In this document: positions 29,493-38,662 of the stretch, in pieces
Layout: each line of letters starts with the position of its first letter
Position numbering within the stretch: position 1 is the first letter of the stretch
From: Cyanobium sp.
GTDB taxonomy: Bacteria > Cyanobacteriota > Cyanobacteriia > PCC-6307 > Cyanobiaceae
Length of the DNA: 40,708 nucleotides
Direction: 5' to 3'
Assembly (NCBI GenBank): GCA_044376165.1
Contig: JBIPMZ010000001.1
Span: 1 to 40,708 of the forward strand
Translations under genes and position numbers: made by a program
The notes under the pieces: generated by a model
What the model was told of the DNA's origin: nothing
Databases searched by the model: none
The model's input: the letters and a program-made list of their open reading frames with translations, nothing else

Positions 29493-29535
29493 GGCGAAGG
29501 GTATCTGTGGGGCGCTGGGCTTCCGCTGCCAGGCT

Positions 29536-29913
29536 TCAGCTGCGGGTGCAGTCCTTGAGGTCGCGCAGGCGCTGGTCGATCGAGGCCAACAGCTCGATCG
29601 CGAACATCGGCGCTTCCTGCACCGCAAACAGAAACTTCTCCCGGTTCATCACCAGCAGCCGGCAGGGGGTGAGGGCACGGGCATTGCCGTAGCGGCGGTG
29701 GTCCTGGGTGACCAGGGCCCCGGCGCCGAACACCTCGCCGGCCTGGAGGATTTCATGGTTGCGGCCATCGTTCCAGTTGAGCTCCACCGTGCCGGTGAGC
29801 AGGCCGAACATGCAATCGCCCGGTTCGCCGGCTCGGAAGATCACGCTGTCGGGCTCCACGTCGATCACCTCCCCCTTGCTGGCCAGGGCGCGCATGGTTT
29901 CGAGAGCGTTCAT
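29536..29913 (-). CDS. Stand-alone cyclic nucleotide-binding domain protein
   Basis: IFRAGEPGDCMF, GEVFG, R..NARA. No HTH domain. Confidence 0.85.
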   Translation of the reverse strand: MNALETMRALASKGEVIDVEPDSVIFRAGEPGDCMFGLLTGTVELNWNDGRNHEILQAGEVFGAGALVTQDHRRYGNARALTPCRLLVMNREKFLFAVQEAPMFAIELLASIDQRLRDLKDCTRS

Positions 29914-29951
29914 GGCGGAAAGGGGCGGGGAGGGAGAGGCCGGCGCGGGGG

Positions 29952-31121
29952 CTAGCGACGGATCGCCAGGGGGGCCCCCAGGCCCCCACGCACATCTTCC
30001 GGGGCCAGGCGGCCGTCCTTGTCGGTGTCGAGGGCATCAAAGACGGCATCGCTACCCAGCCACTCCTCGCGGGTGATGCAGCCGTCGCCGTCGAGGTCGT
30101 TGAGCAAAAAGATCTCGTGCACCGCATGGGTGAAGGCCGCACCTCCCTCCAATTCCGCCAGGCGGTGGGCGAGCTGGGCCTCGAGGGTTTCGATCGCTTT
30201 GCTGAAGCCGCGAATCCCCTCGTCGAGCTTCTCACTGGCCATGGGGTCCGCTGCCATCATCGCGGCGAAGCGGGGCTTGTCGATGTGGATCTGCTCCTGG
30301 GTGGGGGCAGGGTCGAAGGGGTTGAGGCGCCGTTGCAGCTCCCCGTCGCTGTTGCGCAGTTCGTCCATCAGCGCGGGCGAGATGGTGAGCAGATCGCAGC
30401 CGGCGAGCTCGAGGATCTCCTCGACGTTGCGGAAGCTGGCCCCCATCACCTCGGTTTTGTAGCCATAGGTTTTGAAGTAATTGAAGATCTTCGTCACGGA
30501 AACCACGCCGGGGTCCTCGGTAGCGGGGTAGCTCTCACGGCCGGTGCTCTTTTTGTACCAATCGAGAATGCGCCCCACAAAGGGGGAGATCAAGGTGGCG
30601 CCGGCCTCGGCGCAGGCCACCGCTTGGGCGAAGCCAAACAGAAGGGTGAGGTTGCAGTGGATGCCCTCCCGCTCCAGCTGCTCCGCGGCCCGGATGCCCT
30701 CCCAGGTGGAAGCGATCTTGATCAGCACACGCTCCTTGCCGATGCCAGCGGCGGCGTACAGGCCGATGAGTTTGCGGGCCTTGGCGATCGTGGCCTCCGT
30801 GTCGTAGCTGAGACGGGCATCGACCTCGGTGGACACCCGGCCGGGGACGATCTTGAGGATTTCCCGCCCGAAGATCACGCTGATCTCATCAATCGCCTCG
30901 CTCACCACCTCGTCGGCCCCGGCTTCGCCCCCCAAGAGCGCGCGGGATTCATGGAGGGAGCGGTCGATCAGCTCCTGGTAGGTGGGGATCTGGGCGGCAG
31001 CCAGGATCAGGGAGGGATTGGTGGTGGCGTCCCGAGGGGTGAACTGCCGGATGGCGTCAATATCACCGGTATCCGCAACCACCACGGTCATGGCGGCAAG
31101 TTGGTCGAGCAGGTTGGCCAT
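29952..31121 (-). CDS. tal: Transaldolase with C-terminal EF-hand pair
   Basis: [46 protein letters not shown] loops [12 protein letters not shown] and [12 protein letters not shown]. Confidence 0.96.
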   Translation of the reverse strand: MANLLDQLAAMTVVVADTGDIDAIRQFTPRDATTNPSLILAAAQIPTYQELIDRSLHESRALLGGEAGADEVVSEAIDEISVIFGREILKIVPGRVSTEVDARLSYDTEATIAKARKLIGLYAAAGIGKERVLIKIASTWEGIRAAEQLEREGIHCNLTLLFGFAQAVACAEAGATLISPFVGRILDWYKKSTGRESYPATEDPGVVSVTKIFNYFKTYGYKTEVMGASFRNVEEILELAGCDLLTISPALMDELRNSDGELQRRLNPFDPAPTQEQIHIDKPRFAAMMAADPMASEKLDEGIRGFSKAIETLEAQLAHRLAELEGGAAFTHAVHEIFLLNDLDGDGCITREEWLGSDAVFDALDTDKDGRLAPEDVRGGLGAPLAIRR

Positions 31122-31232
31122 CGCGGGTGGAGCGGTCGCGGAGAGGGAGAAAGGCGGTCTCTTTCCTCACGCTAGCCAGGGGGAGGGGGCTGCACTCCGA
31201 CCCGGGGGCTGGTTGCGCAAATGAGCACAGCC

Positions 31233-33098
31233 TCAGGCGGCAGGCCTGGCTCTCCCCGCGGGGGGGACCGGAAGGCTCGGGGGGATCTTCTCGATCACCA
31301 ACAGAGCTTCGATGATCTGGCGGGCGACCGGGACCGCCACGGTGGAGCCGTAGGCATTGCCCCCCTGGGGCTCATCGACCACCACCAGCACCACATAGCG
31401 GGGATCCTCGATCGGCAGCACGGCCACGAAGCTGCAGATGCGGGCTCCGGGGATGTAGATGCCGTTGCGGGCTTTCTGGGCGGTGCCGGTCTTGCCGCCC
31501 AGCCGGTAGCCGGGGATCTGCAAGCCCTTGCCGCTCCCCTTCTGCACCACGGTCTCCAGCCAGCCGAGGACGATCCGGGTGACCTTCGGATCGAGCAACG
31601 GCACCCCCCGAGCAGGGCTGGAGCTGGCCAGGGCATCGCCGGAGCGCAGGCCGCGGGTGATGTGGGGGCTGACCAGACGGCCGCCGTTGGCGAGCATGGC
31701 GTGGAGTTGCACCAGCTTCAGCGGCGTGAGGGAGAAGCCCTGGCCGAAGGCGGCGGTGGCCGGCTCGATCGCGCCGCTGATGAACTCGCTGCGGGTCTTG
31801 AGCTGCCCCGCCACCGCCCCCGGCAGATCGGTGTCCGGCACCTCGTCGATGCCCAGAATGTGCAGCCAGTTCCAGAAGCGGTCCCGCTTCAAGCGCGACA
31901 TGGTCTCCACCATGGCCACGTTGCTCGAAACCTGGAGCACCGTGGCGAAGTCGATGACCCCGTTGGCCCTGCGGTCGGCGTTGAAGATGGGCCAACCCCC
32001 GATCGTGAGCTGGCCCACGTCGTTGGCGGTGCCATTCGGCTGGATCACCTTCTCCTGCAGGGCCAGGGCCAGGTTGATCGGCTTGAAGGTGGAACCCGGC
32101 TCGTAGAGATCCTGCACGGACCATTCGCGGAATAGGCCCGGGTTGTAGGCCCAGAAGCGGTTCGGGTCGTAGCTGGGGGTCGAGGCCAAGGCCAGCATCT
32201 CCCCCGTGCGGGCGTCCATCACCAGGGCCGCGCCCCGCTTGGCCCGCCACTGCTTCACCTGCTTGGCCAAGGCAGCCTGGGCCACCTGTTGCAGGCGCGC
32301 GTCCAGGGTGAGCTGCAGACGCAGGTCGTCGCCGTAGAGGGAGCCGGCGCGGATCCCATCCGGCAAGGGGGTGCCATCGGCACCGCGGCGCATGCGGAAG
32401 GGGGTCTCGTGGCGCTGGAGATCGCGGTCGCGGCTCTGCTCCAACCCCGCCTGGGGCACCCGCTCCAGGTTGAGGAAGCCCACCACGTTGGCGAAGAGGG
32501 CACCCTGGGGGTAGATCCGCTGCGGGTAGGCCTCCAGGTCGAGGCCGCTGATCTTGAGATCCCGCAGCCGCTGGGCGGTCTCGGAGTCGAGGTTGGTGGC
32601 CAGCCTCACGCCGCTGCGGCGGCGGCCCATGGCACTCAGCAGCTCCTGGCGGGGACGGGCCAAGACGGAAGCCAGCCGAAGGGCCACCTCATCGGGACGG
32701 CGCAGCCGCTGCGGATCATCCCCCAGGAAATTGAAATAGCGCGGATGGGCCCAAAGGGTGAAGCGCTCCTCATCGAGGGCGACGAGGGTGCCTTGGCGGT
32801 CGACGATGGTGCGCCGTTTGCCCAGCGGGGTTACCGCATGGGTCTGAAAGGCGCGGGCGCGAGCCTGCAGCTCCTCGCCTTTGACCAGCTGGAGCCAGGC
32901 GAGCCGCCCGGCCAGCCCCCCCAGGGCCAAGCAGAGCAAGGTGAACACCGCGACCATCCGGCCGGCGGGGAGGGGCTGAATTTGGGGGCCCCGATGGCGT
33001 CGCGCCTGGCCCTTGCCGGCGGGGCGGGCAGCGGGGGCGCGCGCCGCGGCGCGACCAGCTCCGCCGGGGGGATGATGACGGGTGGAGGAGCCGTCCAT
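31233..33098 (-). CDS. ftsI: Class B penicillin-binding protein (FtsI/PBP3)
   Basis: N-terminal TM, YEPGSTFK (SxxK), SSN, KTGTAQK. Confidence 0.9.
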   Translation of the reverse strand: MDGSSTRHHPPGGAGRAAARAPAARPAGKGQARRHRGPQIQPLPAGRMVAVFTLLCLALGGLAGRLAWLQLVKGEELQARARAFQTHAVTPLGKRRTIVDRQGTLVALDEERFTLWAHPRYFNFLGDDPQRLRRPDEVALRLASVLARPRQELLSAMGRRRSGVRLATNLDSETAQRLRDLKISGLDLEAYPQRIYPQGALFANVVGFLNLERVPQAGLEQSRDRDLQRHETPFRMRRGADGTPLPDGIRAGSLYGDDLRLQLTLDARLQQVAQAALAKQVKQWRAKRGAALVMDARTGEMLALASTPSYDPNRFWAYNPGLFREWSVQDLYEPGSTFKPINLALALQEKVIQPNGTANDVGQLTIGGWPIFNADRRANGVIDFATVLQVSSNVAMVETMSRLKRDRFWNWLHILGIDEVPDTDLPGAVAGQLKTRSEFISGAIEPATAAFGQGFSLTPLKLVQLHAMLANGGRLVSPHITRGLRSGDALASSSPARGVPLLDPKVTRIVLGWLETVVQKGSGKGLQIPGYRLGGKTGTAQKARNGIYIPGARICSFVAVLPIEDPRYVVLVVVDEPQGGNAYGSTVAVPVARQIIEALLVIEKIPPSLPVPPAGRARPAA

Positions 33099-33102
33099 GG
33101 GC

Positions 33103-33624
33103 TCAGAAGCCTGCGGGGATGCGCCGCAACTGAAGGCCGGCCAGGAGCGGCGGGCGCGCGGGAGGGGCGGCCGCCTGGGGCTCGGAAAGATGGATCAACT
33201 TCTCACTGCTGGTGGGGACGAGCTGACCCGGGCGCCGCACTGCGTTGATGTGGTGCTGCTCCAGAACGGCAGCCGATTCCTGCAGGCGGTGTTCCAGAGA
33301 CTTGGTCGCTTCGAGTTCGAGATAGTCGCTGGCCCAGCGGTTCTGCCAGTGCAGGGTGAGGGCACTCAAGCCGAGCATCGAAACCCCCAGCCCCAGGAGG
33401 GTTCCGGTGGCGAGGCGATGGAGACCGGCCAACCAGGGGGCCTGACGCTCAACCGGTTTGGCGGACAGGGAGCCCTGCAGCAGCCGGAGTCCTTCGGTAC
33501 GGGCCTGTCGACGCCGCGGGGAACGGGCCGCTCCGGAACGGGGCGCAACGGGCGCGCGTCGCGGGGCGTCCTGGAGAAAGGAGGCGACCAAGGGACCTGG
33601 GGGAGTGCTGCGCAAGTGAACCAC
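33103..33624 (-). CDS. Hypothetical single-TM coiled-coil protein upstream of ftsI (FtsL-like)
   Basis: TM (TLLGLGVSMLGLSALTL) followed by coiled coil YLELEATKSLEHRLQESAAVLE. Its stop is 4 bp before the ftsI start. Confidence 0.7.
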   Translation of the reverse strand: MVHLRSTPPGPLVASFLQDAPRRAPVAPRSGAARSPRRRQARTEGLRLLQGSLSAKPVERQAPWLAGLHRLATGTLLGLGVSMLGLSALTLHWQNRWASDYLELEATKSLEHRLQESAAVLEQHHINAVRRPGQLVPTSSEKLIHLSEPQAAAPPARPPLLAGLQLRRIPAGF

Positions 33625-33687
33625 CCATCGGGGGCGACAGCAAGCGCCCTCCCTTCCCGGCGGGCGCCCGGCACCGCTCGGGCGGGC

Positions 33688-35190
33688 TCACTGCGCCAGC
33701 AGCAGCAGGTTGAACAGGGTCAGTCCATTCCAGAGGGCATGCATCAGCACGCAGGGAAACAGCCGGCCGCTCTGCCAGCGCAGCCAGCCCAGGCCGAGGG
33801 CCAGAACAAAAAGTGGCAGGAGCTCGCCCAGGCTGAGGTGGGCGGCCGCAAACACGGCCGAACTGATCAGCACAGCCCCGCCCCCCCCCCAGTGCCGGCC
33901 CACCACCGGCAGCAGCACGCCGCGGAAAAGGGTTTCCTCGAACAGGGGCGCCAGCACGATCGCCGTCAGGCCGAAGCAGGCCAGGGCGCGGGGATCGGCA
34001 CTGGTCAAGACCAGGTCGAGCAGGGGATTGCTGCCCCCCGGATCCCCCCAGAGGCGCTCGACGAGCCAGCCGCTGAGGGCCACGAGCGGCAGCACCATCA
34101 ACACGGTGTTCAGGGCCTGGCCGATCGCCGAGCCCGGCGGCCGCAGGTGCCACTGCAGCCAGCCCCCCGCGGGAGGCGCCACCGCCGAGGGCAGCATCCA
34201 GGCCAGGATCAGCAGCGGCGCCGCCATCAGCCCCAAGTACAAGAGGGGCACTTGCAATCCCTGGGCCAGGGCCGGGGACACCCCCAGGGCCTGGATCGCC
34301 GGCTCCAGGGGCAGCCGCACCAGCTCCGGCACCAGCTGTCCGAGGATCACGAAGCCCCCTGCGATCAGCAGGGTGACATCGACCGCGGAAAGGGGCGGGC
34401 CCCGCAGCGGCGGCGGCAACGGCGCGCGACCCTTGAGCTTTAGCCAGATCTGGCGAAGCAGAAGCAGCACCCCAGCCCCCACCAGCACCACGGGCAGAAA
34501 GCTCACCGCCAGCAGGATCAACAGCAGCCGAAGCGAATCGGTCGCCGCCGGGCAGGTGCTCAGCGGACCGCCGAGCTGCTCACAGCTCAGCTGGTGAAGC
34601 ATCGGTGAGGGATCCCAGGGTTCCAGCAGCAAGGCCTGCTCTCGCGGGGAACGGCGGCGCCCGTCCAGCAGGGCCGTGAGCAGGGGCCGCCGCGGCGCGT
34701 CGACCGCCTCCACCAGCTGCCGCAGCTCCTGCTCCGCTTTGCCGGGATCCACCCGGGCCGCCGGCTCCCCGCGGTGCAGCAGGGCGAGTTCCAGACGCTG
34801 CGTTGCCGGTGGCGGCAGCTCGGCGGCGTCCAGCTGGCGCTCCAGTTCCGCCGCCAACTCCCCCCGGGGATCGGGGCCGCTCAAGGAAGGCCGCAGGTTG
34901 TCGGGCAGGGCCTCGGCGGCCAGGGTGGCCAGCTCCAGTTGGCGGAGGCTGAGGGCATCCATCACCGATGGCTGCTCCAGGCTGTCCAGCAGACCGGCGA
35001 GCCAGAGCCAGCTGCTGAACAGCAGGGTCAGCAGGGCCAGGGCCTTCTTCCAGGACGGGGCGGAGGGTCCTGGCCCACCCGGCTCGCCCTGGGAGGACCG
35101 CTTCGGGAGTTCACTGCCGGAGGCCTCCAAGGCACGCCATCGGGGAGGGCACGATTCTGGCGTTCCACCGTCGGGGCCACGGGGGGGCAA
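33688..35190 (-). CDS. CPBP (CAAX/Abi) family intramembrane metalloprotease
   Basis: APLFEETLFRG, FAAAH, MHALWN motifs, multiple TM segments. Confidence 0.92.
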   Translation of the reverse strand: MPPRGPDGGTPESCPPRWRALEASGSELPKRSSQGEPGGPGPSAPSWKKALALLTLLFSSWLWLAGLLDSLEQPSVMDALSLRQLELATLAAEALPDNLRPSLSGPDPRGELAAELERQLDAAELPPPATQRLELALLHRGEPAARVDPGKAEQELRQLVEAVDAPRRPLLTALLDGRRRSPREQALLLEPWDPSPMLHQLSCEQLGGPLSTCPAATDSLRLLLILLAVSFLPVVLVGAGVLLLLRQIWLKLKGRAPLPPPLRGPPLSAVDVTLLIAGGFVILGQLVPELVRLPLEPAIQALGVSPALAQGLQVPLLYLGLMAAPLLILAWMLPSAVAPPAGGWLQWHLRPPGSAIGQALNTVLMVLPLVALSGWLVERLWGDPGGSNPLLDLVLTSADPRALACFGLTAIVLAPLFEETLFRGVLLPVVGRHWGGGGAVLISSAVFAAAHLSLGELLPLFVLALGLGWLRWQSGRLFPCVLMHALWNGLTLFNLLLLAQ

Positions 35191-35240
35191 GGGCTTCCAG
35201 AGTGCTCCCTTAGTATCGATAATCCTGTGGCGCAGCGCCT

Positions 35241-36590
35241 GTGCCCCTCCGCATCGTCCTGGTCCGCCACGGGCTGAGCAGCTTCAACCTCGAACGCCGC
35301 ATCCAGGGTCGGGACGATCTCTCCACCCTCACCGAGGAGGGGCTGGAGCAGGCCCGCCGCACCGGTGAGGCCCTGGCTGAAATCCCCCTCACCGCGGCCT
35401 ACAGCTCCCCCCTGCGCCGCGCGCGCCACACCGCCGAGGCCCTGCTGCATCGCCATGGGCAGGGCCTGGAGGCCCACCTCGACGACGACCTGCTGGAGAT
35501 CGACCTGGCCCCCTGGACGGGGCTGGGCCTCCAGGAACTCCGGGAGCGACATCCGGAGGGGGAGAAGCTCTGGCGCCAGGCCCCCGAACAGCTGGAGCTG
35601 ACGCGCGCCGACGGCAGCGCCTATCGGCCGGTGCCCGAGTTGATGGAGCAGGCCGGACGCTTCCTCGACGCCCTTTTGCAGCGCCATGGCGACCGGCTCG
35701 AGCCGATCGGCCCCTCCGCCACAGTGCTGCTCGTGGCCCACAACGCCATCCTGCGCTGCCTGCTGCTGCGCCTGCTCACGCTCCCCGCCGCGGCCTTCCA
35801 GCGTCTGCGCGTCGACAACGCCTCGATCTCGGTGCTCAACCTCACCCGACGGGGGGACGGAGAGCTGGAGGTGCAGATCGAATCGCTCAACACCACCGCT
35901 CACCTCGGCCGGCCCCTGCCGCCGATCGGTCCCGGTCCGCGCCTGCTGCTGGTGCGCCACGGGGAAACCCACTGGAACCGGGAGGGCCGTTTTCAGGGAC
36001 AGATCGACATCCCCCTCAACGACAACGGGCTGGAGCAGGCGGAGAAGGCCCGCCGCTTCCTGGCGGACGTGCCGATTCAGCGGGCCTGGTCGAGCGTGAT
36101 GGCCCGGCCGCGCCGCACCGCGGAGGTGATCCTGGAGTCCCATCCGGGCATCGAACTCACCGTGACCGAGGGCCTCAGGGAGATCGCCCACGGTCAGTGG
36201 GAGGGGCGGCTCGAGCCGGAGATTGCCGAGACCTGGCCCGAGCTGCTGGCGGCCTGGAAGGTGGCGCCCCACACGGTGCAGATGCCGGCAGGGGAAACCA
36301 TCCAAGACGTCTGGACGCGTTCGCTGGCCTGCTGGGAGGGGATTGCCCGGAGCCTCGGCGCTGCGGAGACCGGCTTGGTGGTGGCCCACGACGCCGTCAA
36401 CAAAACCATTCTCTGCGCCCTGCTCGGTCTCGGCCCGGCCGATATCTGGATGGTGAAGCAAGGCAATGGCGGCGTCACCGTGATCGACTATCCCCACGGG
36501 GCCCTGGACCGGCCGGTGATCGCCTGTCTGAACCTCACCCAGCACCTCAGCGGTGGTGTGCTCGATCGCACCGCCGCCGGCGCCCTCTGA
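35241..36590 (+). CDS. Histidine phosphatase with two tandem phosphoglycerate-mutase-like domains
   Basis: Two RHG motifs (VRHGLSSFN..RIQG and VRHGETHWN..RFQG) and two VAH motifs. Confidence 0.92.
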   Translation: MPLRIVLVRHGLSSFNLERRIQGRDDLSTLTEEGLEQARRTGEALAEIPLTAAYSSPLRRARHTAEALLHRHGQGLEAHLDDDLLEIDLAPWTGLGLQELRERHPEGEKLWRQAPEQLELTRADGSAYRPVPELMEQAGRFLDALLQRHGDRLEPIGPSATVLLVAHNAILRCLLLRLLTLPAAAFQRLRVDNASISVLNLTRRGDGELEVQIESLNTTAHLGRPLPPIGPGPRLLLVRHGETHWNREGRFQGQIDIPLNDNGLEQAEKARRFLADVPIQRAWSSVMARPRRTAEVILESHPGIELTVTEGLREIAHGQWEGRLEPEIAETWPELLAAWKVAPHTVQMPAGETIQDVWTRSLACWEGIARSLGAAETGLVVAHDAVNKTILCALLGLGPADIWMVKQGNGGVTVIDYPHGALDRPVIACLNLTQHLSGGVLDRTAAGAL

Positions 36591-36631
36591 GCGGCGCCCC
36601 GCCCCCCAACCCGTCGGCGCCTTCCCCCTCG

Positions 36632-37930
36632 ATGGCCAGCACCCAGACGCCACCGGCCCCGCAGCCCCTGGGGTTGCGGGGCCTCACCCTGCTGGAGGCA
36701 CCAGACCAGCCGCCCCGCTGCGCCGACGTCCTGGTGGATGGCGCGAGCGGCGCCCTGCTCACTCTGTCCCCCACGCCGAGCGAGCTGGCCGCCGCGGCTC
36801 CGATCGACGCCGCGGGCTGCTGGTTGGGCCCGCCGCTGGTGGATCCCCACAGCGTGCTGGAGGAGCCGGTTCTCGGGCGGGCGGAAACGCTGGCGAGCCT
36901 GGCGGCGGCGGCGGTCGCCGGCGGATTTGGCACCGTCGCCCTGCTTCCCTGGGCCTCGGGCTGGCGGGATCGCCCCGAGCGCCTGGAGCTGGGCTGGCCC
37001 CGTCCCCTGCGCCTGCTCCTCTGGGGAAGCTTCAGCCGCGACGGCGCGGACGGGGAACTGGCGCCCCACGCCGATCAGCTGGCCGCCGGGGCGGTGGGTC
37101 TGGCCTGCGGGGAGAACCTCCCCCCGCTGGCGCTGCTGGAGCGGGGCCTCTGCCTCGCCGAGATGGGGGCGGCCCCGGTTCTGGTGGCGCCGCGGGATCG
37201 CGCCTTTGCCGCCCGCGGTTTCGTGCGTGAGCGGGTGGAGGCGCTGCGGGCGGGCTGGCCCCCGGATCCGGTGCTGAGCGAAACCCTGCCGCTGCAGAGC
37301 CTGTTGGCCCTAGCGGCGTCGATGGGGGGGGCGACGCTGCGCCTGATGAACCTCTCCACCGCCGAGGGGGTGGCGCTGCTGCGGGCCTCAGACCGGCCCC
37401 CGCCGGCCACGGTCTGCTGGTGGCACCTGCTGGCGGATAGCGGGCGGCTCGACCCGGCGGAGGAGGGCTGGCGCCTGGTGCCCTCCCTGGGGGGCCCGGC
37501 CGACCGGGAAGCCCTGATCGAGGCCCTGGCCGAGGGGCTGATCCCCGCTGTTGCGATTCACCACCAGCCCCTCGATGCGGAGGAACAGCTGTTGCCCCTC
37601 GATCAGCGCCGGCCTGGCGTGGCCGGTCATGGCCCCGCCCTGGGCCTGCTCTGGCAGGAATTGGTGGAGCGCCGCGGCTGGGGGGGGGAGCGCCTCTGGC
37701 AGCGCCTCTGCTGGGGGCCCGCGGCCTACCTCGGCCTCGAGGCGGAGACGTTGCGGGCGGGCAGCCGCCGCTGGATCCTGTTCGACCCCAGCGCGGAGCG
37801 GAACTGGCAGGGAGGACCCTCGCGGGCGGCCAATCGCCCCGGGCCGTCGGGACCCCTGCGGGGCGCCGTGGTGGCCAGCGGCCTCAGCGCGCCGACGGAG
37901 TGGTCGGTGCCAGAGAGCCGAAGGCGTTGA
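36632..37930 (+). CDS. pyrC: Dihydroorotase-like protein (probably non-catalytic, PyrC'-type)
   Basis: LVDPHS, ETLASLAAAAVAGGF, LSTAEGV, PSLGGPADREAL. Metal ligands are degenerate. Confidence 0.8.
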   Translation: MASTQTPPAPQPLGLRGLTLLEAPDQPPRCADVLVDGASGALLTLSPTPSELAAAAPIDAAGCWLGPPLVDPHSVLEEPVLGRAETLASLAAAAVAGGFGTVALLPWASGWRDRPERLELGWPRPLRLLLWGSFSRDGADGELAPHADQLAAGAVGLACGENLPPLALLERGLCLAEMGAAPVLVAPRDRAFAARGFVRERVEALRAGWPPDPVLSETLPLQSLLALAASMGGATLRLMNLSTAEGVALLRASDRPPPATVCWWHLLADSGRLDPAEEGWRLVPSLGGPADREALIEALAEGLIPAVAIHHQPLDAEEQLLPLDQRRPGVAGHGPALGLLWQELVERRGWGGERLWQRLCWGPAAYLGLEAETLRAGSRRWILFDPSAERNWQGGPSRAANRPGPSGPLRGAVVASGLSAPTEWSVPESRRR

Positions 37931-38624
37931 AGGGATAGAAGCGCCAGAAGGCCCGGCCGATGATCTCCCGGTCGGGCAGGAACGGACCGCCCGGCCAGAA
38001 GCGGCCATCCCAGCTGTTGGCCCGATTGTCGCCGAGCACGAGCACATGCCGCTCCGGTACGGTCACATCGAGGCTGCGGCAGCGGTCGATGCCCTGGCGG
38101 TCGATGCCCTGCCGATCGGCGGGGCAGTAGTTGCGCACGTAGGGCTCCGCCAGGGGAACGTTGTTGATGCGCACCCGGCCGCGGGGATCCACCGCCACCC
38201 GCTCGCCCGGCAGGCCCACCACCCGCTTGATGTAAGCGTCGCAAGCGGGGTTCTGGACGCTCGGCAGGGAGCCGATGAAGGGCAGGTTGACCAGCAGGCA
38301 GCCCAGCGGCCCCACCGGGTTTTGGGGGACCAAGGTGGGATCGAAGTGGTGGGGGGCGTGAAAGACCACGATCTCCCCCCGCCGGGGCAAGCGGTTGCGG
38401 TAGCTGACCTTCTCCACCAGCAGACGGTCTTGGATCTGCAATCCGGGGAGCATCGAGCCGGAGGGGATGTAGCGAGCCTCCAGCAAAAACTGGCGGATTC
38501 CGAGGGCCACCGCCAGGGTGAGCAGCACACTGCGCCAGAACGCCCATGGGCTCTCCTCGGCAACCTGGCCGGAGGGGGTGTGGGGTTCCGGGGATCTCAA
38601 GGCACTCGCGCGGCGGGGAGGCAT
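37884..38624 (-). CDS. lepB: Signal peptidase I
   Basis: IPSGSMLP (Ser), YIKRVVGLPG (Lys), LGDNRANSWDGR. Confidence 0.95.
   Translation of the reverse strand: MPPRRASALRSPEPHTPSGQVAEESPWAFWRSVLLTLAVALGIRQFLLEARYIPSGSMLPGLQIQDRLLVEKVSYRNRLPRRGEIVVFHAPHHFDPTLVPQNPVGPLGCLLVNLPFIGSLPSVQNPACDAYIKRVVGLPGERVAVDPRGRVRINNVPLAEPYVRNYCPADRQGIDRQGIDRCRSLDVTVPERHVLVLGDNRANSWDGRFWPGGPFLPDREIIGRAFWRFYPFNAFGSLAPTTPSAR
38082..38111. repeat. Perfect 15-bp tandem duplication in lepB
   Basis: gcggtcgatgccctg occurs twice in tandem, giving DRQGIDRQGIDR. Confidence 0.9.
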
Positions 38625-38662
38625 CGCCAGGCAGATTAGGCAGGCGTCCGCCCCAGGGTCTG

